From IMG/VR virus record IMGVR_UViG_3300045988_155739, positions 1 to 38,336 of that record: a DNA stretch of 38,336 nt; one strand, given 5' to 3'. The first letter of the stretch is position 1, and every line of letters begins with the position of its first letter. Under the pieces are notes generated by a model, which was given only the letters and a program-made list of their open reading frames with translations, did no database searches and was not told where the DNA came from. Below are positions 18,133 to 27,639 of the stretch, in pieces. Source of the stretch: a virus. The translations under genes and the position numbers were made by a program.

Positions 18133-19741
18133 ATGATACAATGGAATCCAGAAATATTAGAAAATGAAAATAGTGTAGCACAAATATTAATGTTAGCAGA
18201 CAAAGAATGGAATGCAAGAAAACAACTATATGAAAGAATAAGAAGAAAGACAGACAATTCTGAGCTAGTAAGTTTAGATGACAATAAAATAAAAGTAGCG
18301 TTTGAAAATTATATTAATTCGATGGTAACAGGATATTTTGCAGGGAAAGCACCAGTATATGATGTTGAAAAAATATCAGACCCAACAAAATTGAATATAA
18401 TCAAAAAATTGCTTAATAAAGTCTTTAATACAGATGCAAACAAGGATGAAGAATTAAAAGTATTAATAGATTATATAAGTAAATACAATGATGATGGAAC
18501 AGAATTTTTTGACTTAGCATTTGACTATTTTGGAATGAGAGGTTGTTACGAAATACTATACGAAAACGATGACAACGAAATAGTATATACAAAACAAAGT
18601 GCATTAAATACAATAGGAATATTTGATTATTCAACACCAGTAAATCAAATAGGACAATTAAGAAAATGGACTGAAAAAGATAAAAACAATGCAGACATAA
18701 CAATAGTAGAATTAACAACAATAAATGGTAAGAGATATTACTCACCAACGCCAAATGATTATAAAAAATTGCAAGAGGATAAAGAAAAATATCAAAAAGG
18801 GAAATGGAACATGCTTCCTTGCATAGCAATAGAAAATGAAATGGGACTATCAAGCTTTGAATTGGTAGTCTCTTTAATTTGTGCTTATGAAAGAGTAATA
18901 CAAAATAGTAGAAATACATTTCAATATAATGATGATGCTAAATTAAAAATAACAGGTTATGAACCAGATATACCATTGCTTATAGAAAAGAAAGACAAAC
19001 AACGGAGAAGTAGAAAAAGACAAAAATGGAAATCCAGTAATGATTGAGAACCCAGAAAGAAAACAAAACGATGAAACAATGCTTAAAATGAAAGTATTTT
19101 ATACACCAGACAATTCAGGTGATATAGCATGGGTTGAAAAATCAGTACAAGATACAGCACTAGAAAATCATAAAAAGACATTAATAGACTTAATAGCGAT
19201 GATAAGTGGAGTGCCAAACATAACAGACTTAGGATTTACAAACGCAGATAATGCTAGTGCATTAGATAGAAAATTCTTTGCATTAGAGCAAATGATAACA
19301 GATGCAGATAAACATTTTAAACAAGCAATATTAAGAAGATGGGAAACAATCATTGACAGAATTAATAAAAGAAAGCATAAATCTTATGATTTTAGAAGTA
19401 TAAAAATAGATTTACAAAGAAATCTACCAACTGATAAAGACACAGAAACAACAAGAGCATTGAAATTAAGAGGTTTGTTAAGTGATGCAAGTATAATTGA
19501 TATGTTACCAGACGACTTAGATAGCAATTCAGAATTAGAAAAAGTAGACAAACAAAATCAAGAAAACATTCAAAAAAATCTAGAAAATATGGCTAAAATA
19601 GGACAAGATACAACAGAGATTGAAGCCAATAATAAAATGGACAATAGTAAATCGAAACAAGATAATGAAAAACAAAATATTTTGATGAGAAAGGAAGAAA
19701 AAGAAAATGATGATAGAACCATACAATCCCAAAATTCTTAA
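18133..19741 (+). CDS. Portal protein (SPP1-like), requires +1 shift at CGG 19003-19005
   Basis: 'ITGYEPDIPLLIEKKDKQ-GEVEKDKNGNPVMIENPERKQNDETMLKMKVFYTPDNSGDIAWVEKSVQDTALENHKKTLIDLIAMISGVPNITDLGFTNADNASALDRKFFALEQM'; 1609 nt = 536x3+1. Confidence 0.95.
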
Positions 19742-19895
19742 AGGATTAAAAGTAGAATATGAAAATAAAATATATGACAAAATTATTTATTTAAGTATTT
19801 CTGATAATGAAATACATTTTGAAAATAGAGAGAATAATTCAATAACTAATAATATTGCATGCAAATTAAGTGAAGTAAAAATAACATTAGAATAG
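19707..19895 (+). CDS. Hypothetical protein
   Basis: 62 aa between portal and minor head genes. Confidence 0.5.
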   Translation: MMIEPYNPKILKGLKVEYENKIYDKIIYLSISDNEIHFENRENNSITNNIACKLSEVKITLE

Positions 19896-19897
19896 AG

Positions 19898-21472
19898 GTG
19901 TTTTATATGTGGAAGCAACATGATAATTATATGAGACAGTTAAAACAACTATATAATAAAACATCAAAACAAACACAAAATAGATTGCAAGAATTATTTG
20001 ATACATTTAATTTTACATCAGAAAATGTATATGATATAGCAAACAATAAGACTAAAAAAAGAATAAATACATATATAGAACAATGGAAAGAACAAGGACT
20101 ATTAAAGAATAATAACTATTTTACTGTATTAGCAAATAATATTTATAAACGAACAAGAGTGAAAAATAGTGAAATACTTGAATTGCTTATTTATAGTGCA
20201 TATATAGAAGAACAAAGCAAACTTGAAGAACCAGAAAAACAAATAATGTATAAAGACACAAATTATTATTATGAAGAAGGACAAAAAGAAGTTAATAAAA
20301 AGAAAAAGCCATCAATAATTCCGATGGCTTTATTTCTTGCATTATTAGACCAACCAAATTATAGTGGCTTTAATTGGAAACAGTATATTGAAGCAACAAT
20401 ACAATATAATGCACAACAAATATATAAAAAAGCAATTTTAAATATGCAACAACAAAAAGGCCTAGAAATTGATTCTAATGAGTTTCAAACAATAATAAAT
20501 AGGCAAAATAACCAAAAACTTAACGTTAATGGTAATAAGATATCAGGTGCTGCAGATTTGCAGATGATAGGCTTAAATAATCTAGCAAAAGTAGAAGGAA
20601 TAAAAGAAGTAGCAGAAGATAATTCAAAAGTTAGATTTATAGCAGTAGAAGATGATAAAACAACATTGATGTGCGATAGTTTAAATAATCAAGAATTTTA
20701 CATTAACAAAGAAAATGTATTTGATAGATATTATGGTGAGACACAGAAAGAATTAACAATACAAAGAATTAGATGTAATGGATTAGTATTAGGATTAAAT
20801 CTTCCGCCAATACAACATCACTTTCATTATTGCAGGTCAACTATAATGTATTTACCACCAGTTGAAAAACAAGAAAAAACAAGGTATAATATAGCTGAAT
20901 ATGTTAGAAAAAATAAAATAACAGACAGTAGAACAATTGATGAAAAAATAAAAAGAGTAAAGAGAAAGTTTCCTGCATACATACAAGAATATATAAATAA
21001 TACGCCAGTTGAAATAATAGGAAAGGGAAAAAATAATCATTATTTAGACGGAAAGTTGTATTTATTGAATGATGCAACTGAAGAAGAAATAATACATGAA
21101 ATAGGTCATATAATTGAAGAAAAACTTAATATAGCAAATGATGAAAAATATCAAACAATATTAAAAAGCAGTATTGGGGAAATTGATGTATTTAATAATT
21201 CTATAGGTCCTATGAGAGGATACGATGCAGATAAGTATGAGTTTTTGCTTAGTGGAGACAAATTTATTAGTGATTATCAACGAAGAGTATATAATATAGA
21301 TATTAATAAAAATAATAGAATTGATTATTTGCACGGAACATTTAATTATAATGTATTTAGAGATTATTTACCAGAAGGTCTACGATGTTATATGATAGAC
21401 AAAAATCTATTAAAAACGAAAAATATTGAGTTGTATAAATATATAAAAGAGGTATTACATGAAAGAAAATGA
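19898..21472 (+). CDS. Minor head protein (SPP1 gp7-like)
   Basis: 'AILNMQQQKGLEIDSNEFQTIINR...VEDDKTTLMCDSLNNQEF...LPPIQHHFHYCRSTI', plus a C-terminal 'EEEIIHEIGHIIEE' extension. Confidence 0.85.
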   Translation: MFYMWKQHDNYMRQLKQLYNKTSKQTQNRLQELFDTFNFTSENVYDIANNKTKKRINTYIEQWKEQGLLKNNNYFTVLANNIYKRTRVKNSEILELLIYSAYIEEQSKLEEPEKQIMYKDTNYYYEEGQKEVNKKKKPSIIPMALFLALLDQPNYSGFNWKQYIEATIQYNAQQIYKKAILNMQQQKGLEIDSNEFQTIINRQNNQKLNVNGNKISGAADLQMIGLNNLAKVEGIKEVAEDNSKVRFIAVEDDKTTLMCDSLNNQEFYINKENVFDRYYGETQKELTIQRIRCNGLVLGLNLPPIQHHFHYCRSTIMYLPPVEKQEKTRYNIAEYVRKNKITDSRTIDEKIKRVKRKFPAYIQEYINNTPVEIIGKGKNNHYLDGKLYLLNDATEEEIIHEIGHIIEEKLNIANDEKYQTILKSSIGEIDVFNNSIGPMRGYDADKYEFLLSGDKFISDYQRRVYNIDINKNNRIDYLHGTFNYNVFRDYLPEGLRCYMIDKNLLKTKNIELYKYIKEVLHERK

Positions 21473-21659
21473 TATTATTGATATTATAAAATCCAATAGT
21501 ATTCCAGAATTGTTGAATAAAATTGGAAAGTTTTATCCAAAAGGATTTGATATTGAAAAAGTAGACAAAAGAATAAAAGAAAGAATAAAAGAACTTGAAG
21601 ATAAATTTGCAAAATATAACAATGGCATAGCAGATATAAGAAAAGATAGCACTTACTAA
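21459..21659 (+). CDS. Hypothetical protein
   Basis: 66 aa. Confidence 0.5.
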   Translation: MKENDIIDIIKSNSIPELLNKIGKFYPKGFDIEKVDKRIKERIKELEDKFAKYNNGIADIRKDSTY

Positions 21660-21696
21660 GTAGTAGGTGTTTTTATTATGGAAAGAAGGTAAAAAT

Positions 21697-21909
21697 ATGC
21701 AAGAATTAAAACCGAACAGTAAAGAAAATGCAAAAAAATCTATTATAGCAATAGGACAAGAACTTATAAAAAGAGCAGATGATATAACAAATGACTTGAA
21801 ATTTGTTACTAATATTGAAATTAATGCCAACTTGACACCATATGAAATAACTAATTTTGATATAAATAAAAAATATATGGCAATGTATGAAGAAGATGAG
21901 GATAAATAA
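21697..21909 (+). CDS. Hypothetical protein
   Basis: Internal ATG (MQELKPNSKENAKKSIIAIGQELIKRADD) preferred. Confidence 0.5.
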   Translation: MQELKPNSKENAKKSIIAIGQELIKRADDITNDLKFVTNIEINANLTPYEITNFDINKKYMAMYEEDEDK

Positions 21910-21910
21910 T

Positions 21911-22069
21911 ATGTGGTTATTAGTTTTAATATTAAGCATTAAATTACAAATGCCAACTTGGTATTGGATTATATTTACTATAATTACAATATTTAGACCT
22001 GCTATATGGGTATTAAAATATAATTTTGCAGAAGGATATATGAAAGCAAAGAATAAAGATAATAAATAA
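21911..22069 (+). CDS. Small hydrophobic protein
   Basis: 'MWLLVLILSIKLQMPTWYWIIFTIITIFRPAIWVLKYNFAEGYMKAKNKDNK'. Confidence 0.45.
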   Translation: MWLLVLILSIKLQMPTWYWIIFTIITIFRPAIWVLKYNFAEGYMKAKNKDNK

Positions 22070-22096
22070 GTTATTAACATTTTATAATTATAAATC

Positions 22097-22122
22097 AAGA
22101 GCTAGACGTAGCTCTTATTTTT
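22097..22122 (+). terminator. Candidate intrinsic terminator/attenuator
   Basis: AAGAGCTA-GACG-TAGCTCTT followed by ATTTTT, upstream of the scaffold gene. Confidence 0.55.
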
Positions 22123-22212
22123 ATGCCTTTTTACTGGTTGTAGGCATTAAAGAACAACAGAATTTTTAATGTAACAATTTGGGCATAAGAACAAATTGGG
22201 ATAGGAGAAAAT

Positions 22213-22803
22213 ATGGAAGGCGAAAACCAAAACGCAAATAACACAAATATTGATGTAAACGGGGCAAATAATGCAACGGATAATAATCAAAATAATCAAA
22301 CGCAGACTTTTGATGATGTTTTATCTAACAAAGAATATCAAGCAGAATTTGATAGAAGAGTTCAAAAAGCAATACAAACACATGAAACAAAATTAAAAGA
22401 ACAATGGAAATTAGAACAAGATACACAAAAGTCAGAAGCTAAAAAGTTAGCTCAAATGAACGAAACTCAAAAACTTCAATATCAATTGAAGAAACAAGAA
22501 GAAGCAAACCAAGAAATTCAAAGAAAGTTAAATGCTAGAGATTTAAAAGATGAAGCATTAAAAATAGCAACAACACAAGATACAGCATTTGACCCAGAAT
22601 TTTTAAATCTTTTTGATTATGAAAATATGACAGCAGAGCAATTACAAGAAAAAACAAAGCTTATAAAATCAATTCAAGACAGAATTGTAGAAAAAGCAGT
22701 AAATGAGTGGTCAAAAGAAAAGCCACCATATAATCCAGACCCATCTGGTAATAAGTCAAGTGCTGATGAAGCAATAAGAAAGGCAATGGGATTAATTAAA
22801 TAG
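22213..22803 (+). CDS. Capsid scaffolding protein (minor structural GP20-like)
   Basis: 'FDDVLSNKEYQAEFDRRVQKAIQTHETKLKEQWK...DLKDEALKIATTQDTAFDPEFLNLFDYENMTAEQLQEK'. Confidence 0.85.
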   Translation: MEGENQNANNTNIDVNGANNATDNNQNNQTQTFDDVLSNKEYQAEFDRRVQKAIQTHETKLKEQWKLEQDTQKSEAKKLAQMNETQKLQYQLKKQEEANQEIQRKLNARDLKDEALKIATTQDTAFDPEFLNLFDYENMTAEQLQEKTKLIKSIQDRIVEKAVNEWSKEKPPYNPDPSGNKSSADEAIRKAMGLIK

Positions 22804-22815
22804 GAGGATTAAAGA

Positions 22816-23802
22816 ATGAACAATATTGAATTATCAACAATATACTTACCAAAATTAGATGAAGTATATAAAAACGAAGCAAAAACATCTATATTAGATG
22901 GAGATGAAACAACAGTACAAAAAGGATTAAACGGAGAAATAAAAGTTGCTAAACTAGATATGGACGGCTTAGGAGATTTCTCAAGAAATGATGGATACAC
23001 AAAAGGATCAACAAGTTTTAAGTGGGAAACAGTAAAATATGACAAAGAAAGAAGTCAAGATTTAAGAATTGACAGATTAGACAATCAAGAAGCTTTAGGA
23101 TTACCTTTTGCAAGATTAGCTGGAGAATTTGTAAGAACAAAAGTTGCTCCAGAAACTGATGCAGCAAGAATAGCAAAAATAGCAGGAGTAGATGGGATAT
23201 CAAGAAAGAAAGAAACAATTTCTGATGGAGTAGGAGTAGTAAGTGCATTAAGAGCTTGTACAAACAAAATGGACGAAGATGAAGTTTCAACAGAAAACAG
23301 AATTTTATTTATAACACCAACATTAAAAGGAATGATAGATGATTTAGATACAACTAAATCAAAGAAAGTTTTAGAAAGATTTACAACAATAATTGAAGTT
23401 CCTCAAACAAGAATGTATACAGCAGTAACATTAAATGATGGAAAAGAAAATTATGGATATCAAAAAGCAAAAGACACATATATTAAGTCAAAAGATACAG
23501 CTGTAGTATCAGGAAAGACATATTACACAGAAAGTTCTGGAACATATTCAAAAGTAACTTCACCAACAGGAAATCCTTCAACATCAGACTATTACGAATT
23601 AATAGAAGGTGGAAAAGAAATCAACTTCTTATGTGTTGAGAAATCTGCTGCTGTTACTGCAATGGATCAATTCATCAAATACTTTACACCAGATGAAGAC
23701 CAAAATGGAGATAGCAATGTATTTAAATATAGAAACAACAATTTATATGGACATGTATATGAAAACAAATTAGCAGGGGTATACTGCTCATACGAAGGTT
23801 AG
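22816..23802 (+). CDS. Major capsid protein
   Basis: 'LSTIYLPKLDEVYKNEAKTSILDG...GDFSRNDGYTKGSTSFKWETVKYDKERSQDLRIDRLDNQEA'; follows the scaffold gene. Confidence 0.9.
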   Translation: MNNIELSTIYLPKLDEVYKNEAKTSILDGDETTVQKGLNGEIKVAKLDMDGLGDFSRNDGYTKGSTSFKWETVKYDKERSQDLRIDRLDNQEALGLPFARLAGEFVRTKVAPETDAARIAKIAGVDGISRKKETISDGVGVVSALRACTNKMDEDEVSTENRILFITPTLKGMIDDLDTTKSKKVLERFTTIIEVPQTRMYTAVTLNDGKENYGYQKAKDTYIKSKDTAVVSGKTYYTESSGTYSKVTSPTGNPSTSDYYELIEGGKEINFLCVEKSAAVTAMDQFIKYFTPDEDQNGDSNVFKYRNNNLYGHVYENKLAGVYCSYEG

Positions 23803-23813
23803 GAGGTAAACAA

Positions 23814-23921
23814 ATGTCAACATTTATAGGACTAAAAATAAATAAAGTAGAAAAAGAGGCTAAACCAAAAGCTGAAAAGGGAAAAGAAAAAGAGGCTGAA
23901 CCAAAAGCTGAAAAAGAATAA
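23814..23921 (+). CDS. Small Lys/Glu-rich repeat protein
   Basis: 'MSTFIGLKINKVEKEAKPKAEKGKEKEAEPKAEKE'; RBS aggaggt. Confidence 0.55.
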   Translation: MSTFIGLKINKVEKEAKPKAEKGKEKEAEPKAEKE

Positions 23922-23938
23922 TTAGGGAGGCAATAGAA

Positions 23939-24247
23939 ATGGCAGAAACCAGTAACATAGATAAAATAATAAAAGATTTAGGACCAAATTATTCAAAAGA
24001 AGATAATGAGGTTTTAAATGAAATATTAGAGGAAGTAAGTTCTATTGCCTCTGATATTTCTAATAGACAAAAAAATGATGAGAAGTTATTTCCATATATT
24101 AAGAAAGCAGTAAAAGCAATATATCTTTCAAGAGGAGCAGAAGGCTTAACAAGTCGTGGAGAAGGTTCTATATCAAGTTCATATGAAGACATCATGGAAA
24201 AATTAAGAAATAACATTATAAAGTCTGGCTTAAGGAGGATTAAATAA
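23939..24247 (+). CDS. Head-tail connector protein
   Basis: 102 aa, positional; 'SRGAEGLTSRGEGSISSSYEDI' typical of connectors. Confidence 0.75.
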   Translation: MAETSNIDKIIKDLGPNYSKEDNEVLNEILEEVSSIASDISNRQKNDEKLFPYIKKAVKAIYLSRGAEGLTSRGEGSISSSYEDIMEKLRNNIIKSGLRRIK

Positions 24248-24573
24248 TGTTATTACGAGATTTAACTAAAGTGTATATATCAGAATATGAAGAAATAGAA
24301 GACCATGGAGAACCAGATAAATTATGGAAATATAAAGGACAGGCTTGGCTAAATATGCAACAAGATGTAAACGAGTTAGATAGAAAGTCCACAGGTGAAG
24401 TGGATTATAGTACATATAAAGGTCGTACGACTAGAGATTATGATATACAAAAAGGCAATGGAATATCATTTGAAGATATCTCAAAATTAGAGAAGTTTAT
24501 TCCAGAATATAGAGTACTAGATAAAAATAAAATAGGAAGTACATATGTATATAGAATGGAGAAAATACAATGA
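24247..24573 (+). CDS. Head closure protein
   Basis: 108 aa; position and size. Confidence 0.65.
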   Translation: MLLRDLTKVYISEYEEIEDHGEPDKLWKYKGQAWLNMQQDVNELDRKSTGEVDYSTYKGRTTRDYDIQKGNGISFEDISKLEKFIPEYRVLDKNKIGSTYVYRMEKIQ

Positions 24574-25111
24574 TAAATTTCAATTGTAATATAAAAGTAA
24601 AACATAATTTTAAAAATATAGATGCTATAATTCAAAAACTACCACAATTTAGTAAGGAAAGTGTGGAAGAAGTTTTAAAAAATGTAAGAGGATATGCTAT
24701 AAAGCTTGAACGAGGACACAATGAAGAACGGTATATTATGCGAATTAATTGATACCTCAAATATGGAAGTAAAACGGTCGCATATATGCTAGTCCTGACA
24801 AATTTATAAGCAATGGTGTATCTTATTTGTTTTTTGAGTATTTTGGAACAGGACAATATGCTGAACAAGAACATATTGGAAAGACTGAACACTTTATAGC
24901 AAGTGGATGTACAGAATGGTTTATTCCAGTAGGTAAAGTAGAAAAAGCATTACCATATCCAGTTGTCAATATTCAGGGAATGGACTTTTACATAGCTCAT
25001 GGAGTAAAAGCAAATCACTTTATGGGAGATGCTGAATTTGAGAGTAGAAATGAAAATGTAGAAATAGTTAAGAAGAAGTTAGACGATATGATAAAGGAGT
25101 GTTGCAAATGA
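24570..25111 (+). CDS. HK97 gp10-like tail protein; requires two +1 shifts, at CGG 24729-24731 and CGG 24775-24777
   Basis: 'LERGHNEE-GILCELIDTSNMEVK-GRIYASPDKFISNGVSYLFFEYFGTGQYAEQEHIGKTEHFIASGCTEWFIPVG'; 542 nt = 180x3+2. Confidence 0.92.
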
Positions 25112-25491
25112 AAGATTTAAGTATAAAGGACTTTAGCGATTTAGTATATGAAAAGCTAGAACCATTAAAGTATAAACAAATATTAACAAATCCAACAACT
25201 ACAAGCAAATTTCCTTGCTTGGAATTGCATACACCTTTGAAATCAGTAAATCTAACAGAAAACGCATTTCCTATTCGTTCTACATTTCAAATATCAATCA
25301 CTTGTTGGAATGAAAAACAAAGACAAGCAATGCAAATGACAGATGAAGTTAGTTCAAAACTTCAAAAAATTAATTTTATAAGGACAAATACCAGCCCTGC
25401 GGTATATGACCAAATACTGCAAAAATACGGTATAACAATAACATTTGAAGTTCGTTATAATTCTATAACGAACTCTTTTAATTTAAGATAG
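25099..25491 (+). CDS. Tail completion/neck protein
   Basis: 130 aa between the gp10-like gene and the major tail gene. Confidence 0.7.
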   Translation: MLQMKDLSIKDFSDLVYEKLEPLKYKQILTNPTTTSKFPCLELHTPLKSVNLTENAFPIRSTFQISITCWNEKQRQAMQMTDEVSSKLQKINFIRTNTSPAVYDQILQKYGITITFEVRYNSITNSFNLR

Positions 25492-25503
25492 GAGGAATTA
25501 AAA

Positions 25504-25989
25504 ATGGAAGATGAAGCAACACCAAAAACAACAACACCACAAGTTGCTATGAAAGCAAAGGTGTCTTATGCAACAACACTAACAGGACAAAGAACAGATA
25601 TAGGTTATGTACAAAAAGTGGGACAATTAAAAACTTTAAAAGAGGGACAAACATATAGTGCATTAGATTTAGAAGAAGAAAGAATGGCTAAAGGAAAAAG
25701 AAAAGCAGAAACTGTTGATATAGAAATGATGTTTATACAAGAAACACATAAAGCTATACAAGCAATAGCTGATGCAGATACAACAATATTCTTATTCTTA
25801 GAATATCCAGAGACAACAGCATCAGTTGCCAATAAACCATTAGTTCAATCAGTAAAATGCACCGTAGATATAGCGGGACAAGAGATGAACGATGGAGATT
25901 TTATAAAGGATACTATGAGAGTATATAAAGAATCAAAAGTAGTAGAAACAGATGGATACCCAGTAGAAGGAGATTCAACAAAATATTAA
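25504..25989 (+). CDS. Major tail protein
   Basis: 161 aa; position, Ig-like-domain-lacking MTP size and composition. Confidence 0.7.
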   Translation: MEDEATPKTTTPQVAMKAKVSYATTLTGQRTDIGYVQKVGQLKTLKEGQTYSALDLEEERMAKGKRKAETVDIEMMFIQETHKAIQAIADADTTIFLFLEYPETTASVANKPLVQSVKCTVDIAGQEMNDGDFIKDTMRVYKESKVVETDGYPVEGDSTKY

Positions 25990-26027
25990 TATTAAGAGAA
26001 GGTTCTATGAACTGAACCTTCTCTCTT

Positions 26028-26492
26028 TTGCAAAGGAGAGAAAAAATGATATTAGAAACAAAAAATAAAAGAATTAAACTAGTATTAAAAACAAGAAAAA
26101 TAGTGGAAATCGCGAATACACTAAAAAATAAAAATTTTGAAGATGCTTATTTTAAAGCAGTAAAAGAAAATGACTTAAATGCATTATCTAAGATGATATA
26201 TACACTTGCAGAAAATGAAGATGGAAAACACGCATTTTCTAGCTCTGATGAAGTTTATGATTTCTTAGATGACTATAAAACAGAAAATGTAAAAACATAC
26301 AGTGATATTTATAAGGAATTGACAGAGGTTATAAATGAACAAGGTTTTTTTATGAAAAAAATGAACAAGAAAGAACTAACAGAAATGATATCAAATCCTT
26401 TGTCAGCCATGAATATAAACGAATTAGTGCAGAAATCAGCAGAGAAAGCTATAAGCAAAATGGCAGAAAGTCAAATACTTTTAGAAGCTTAG
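26028..26492 (+). CDS. Tail assembly chaperone, G-like part
   Basis: 154 aa between the major tail and tape-measure genes, followed by an overlapping-type partner without a start codon. Confidence 0.75.
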   Translation: MQRREKMILETKNKRIKLVLKTRKIVEIANTLKNKNFEDAYFKAVKENDLNALSKMIYTLAENEDGKHAFSSSDEVYDFLDDYKTENVKTYSDIYKELTEVINEQGFFMKKMNKKELTEMISNPLSAMNINELVQKSAEKAISKMAESQILLEA

Positions 26493-26513
26493 ATTCAATA
26501 ATAGATAATATAA

Positions 26514-26830
26514 AAAATTCCAATAATTTAATTGGAATAATTTATGCAACTGAACCTTTAGCATACTATTTTGGGTTAAAACCGAGCGACTTCTGGGAAG
26601 GAAGTTATAAGGAAATAAATCTGTATTGCCAAAGTCAAATAAGCAGAAGGACAGATGACTTTAAAAGAGAAATTGATTTACAAGAAGCGGTTACAAATAA
26701 ACTTATTGCAGGTGATTGCATGAATCAAAATGCTAAGATGATAACTATAAGAGAACAATATAAGGAATTATTTAAAACAGAGGAAAAAGAACAAACATTG
26801 GAAGAACAAAGAAGGCTATTTAAAGGTTAA
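26514..26830 (+). CDS. Tail assembly chaperone, T-like part without an obvious start codon
   Basis: Open frame '...IGIIYATEPLAYYFGLKPSDFWEGSYKEINLYCQSQISRRTDDFKREIDLQEAVTNKLIAGDCMNQNAKMITIREQYKELFKTEEKEQTLEEQRRLFKG'; presumably made by recoding. The end is firm, the start is not. Confidence 0.65.
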
Positions 26831-26927
26831 TGTCGAATTATGTCGAAAAAAAGTATAGGTTTACCTGTTGCTTTTTAACGATTTTTATAGTATACTCTTT
26901 TTATATTAAATAAAAGGAGGAAATATT

Positions 26928-27563
26928 ATGGGAATAGCATCACTAATATTAGGAGTTTTAGCTTTTTTAATTTCATTCAGTATTTTTAAAGATGTATCAC
27001 TTATTTTAGCAGTGTTAGGAATTGTATTAGGGATTATAGCTTTAGTTAAAAAGAAAAGTAAAGGGATGAGTGTAGCAGGAATTGTTTTAGCAATTATTAG
27101 TTTTGTAATATTATTTTCAGGAGCAGATGCAAAAACTACCACAACATCAAACAATAACGGAAATGATATAAAGGAATGCAAAATTGGCGATATAATTACC
27201 ATTAAGAATGGCACAGATGAGTATACTGTGCAGATTACAGGAGTAAAAGAAACGGATGATAGAAACGAGTTTTCAGATGAAAAGCCAAAACAAGTTTTTT
27301 TAGTTGATTATACTTATGTTTGTAATAAAACAGAAGATGGGTTGTATGTAAGTGATATGAATTTTAAGATCGTAGATGAACAAGGCGAGATAGGATATAC
27401 ATACCCTATAGATACAAAAAATCCACAAAGCATAACTGCAGGAACTACTTGTAAAGCACAAATGGCTTTTGGAGTAAACAACACAAGTAAAAAAATAAAA
27501 TTACAATTCTTCGACAATATGTTTAATGGAAATCCAACAGCAATATATGAAATAGAATTATAA
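26928..27563 (+). CDS. Membrane/surface protein, DUF4190-like TM region plus DUF4352-like domain (moron candidate)
   Basis: 'LILGVLAFLISFSIFKDVSLILAVLGIVLGIIALVKKKSKGMSVAGIVLAIISF' then an extracellular beta-rich domain; own terminator. Confidence 0.7.
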   Translation: MGIASLILGVLAFLISFSIFKDVSLILAVLGIVLGIIALVKKKSKGMSVAGIVLAIISFVILFSGADAKTTTTSNNNGNDIKECKIGDIITIKNGTDEYTVQITGVKETDDRNEFSDEKPKQVFLVDYTYVCNKTEDGLYVSDMNFKIVDEQGEIGYTYPIDTKNPQSITAGTTCKAQMAFGVNNTSKKIKLQFFDNMFNGNPTAIYEIEL

Positions 27564-27576
27564 AAGTATTAAATAT

Positions 27577-27610
27577 AAAAAGCCCCTATTAAAGAAGTAG
27601 GAGCTTTTTT
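27577..27610 (+). terminator. Intrinsic terminator after the moron-like gene
   Basis: AAAAAGCCCCTA...TAGGAGCTTTTTT hairpin with U-tract. Confidence 0.7.
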
Positions 27611-27639
27611 ACTGTGTTCAAAAGAAAGAAGGTGAAAAA

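Noticed and set aside
24570-25111. Intein, group I intron or transposon insertion as the cause of split tail/terminase/portal genes
   Set aside because: No inserted sequence; frames join with a single nucleotide difference at each site.
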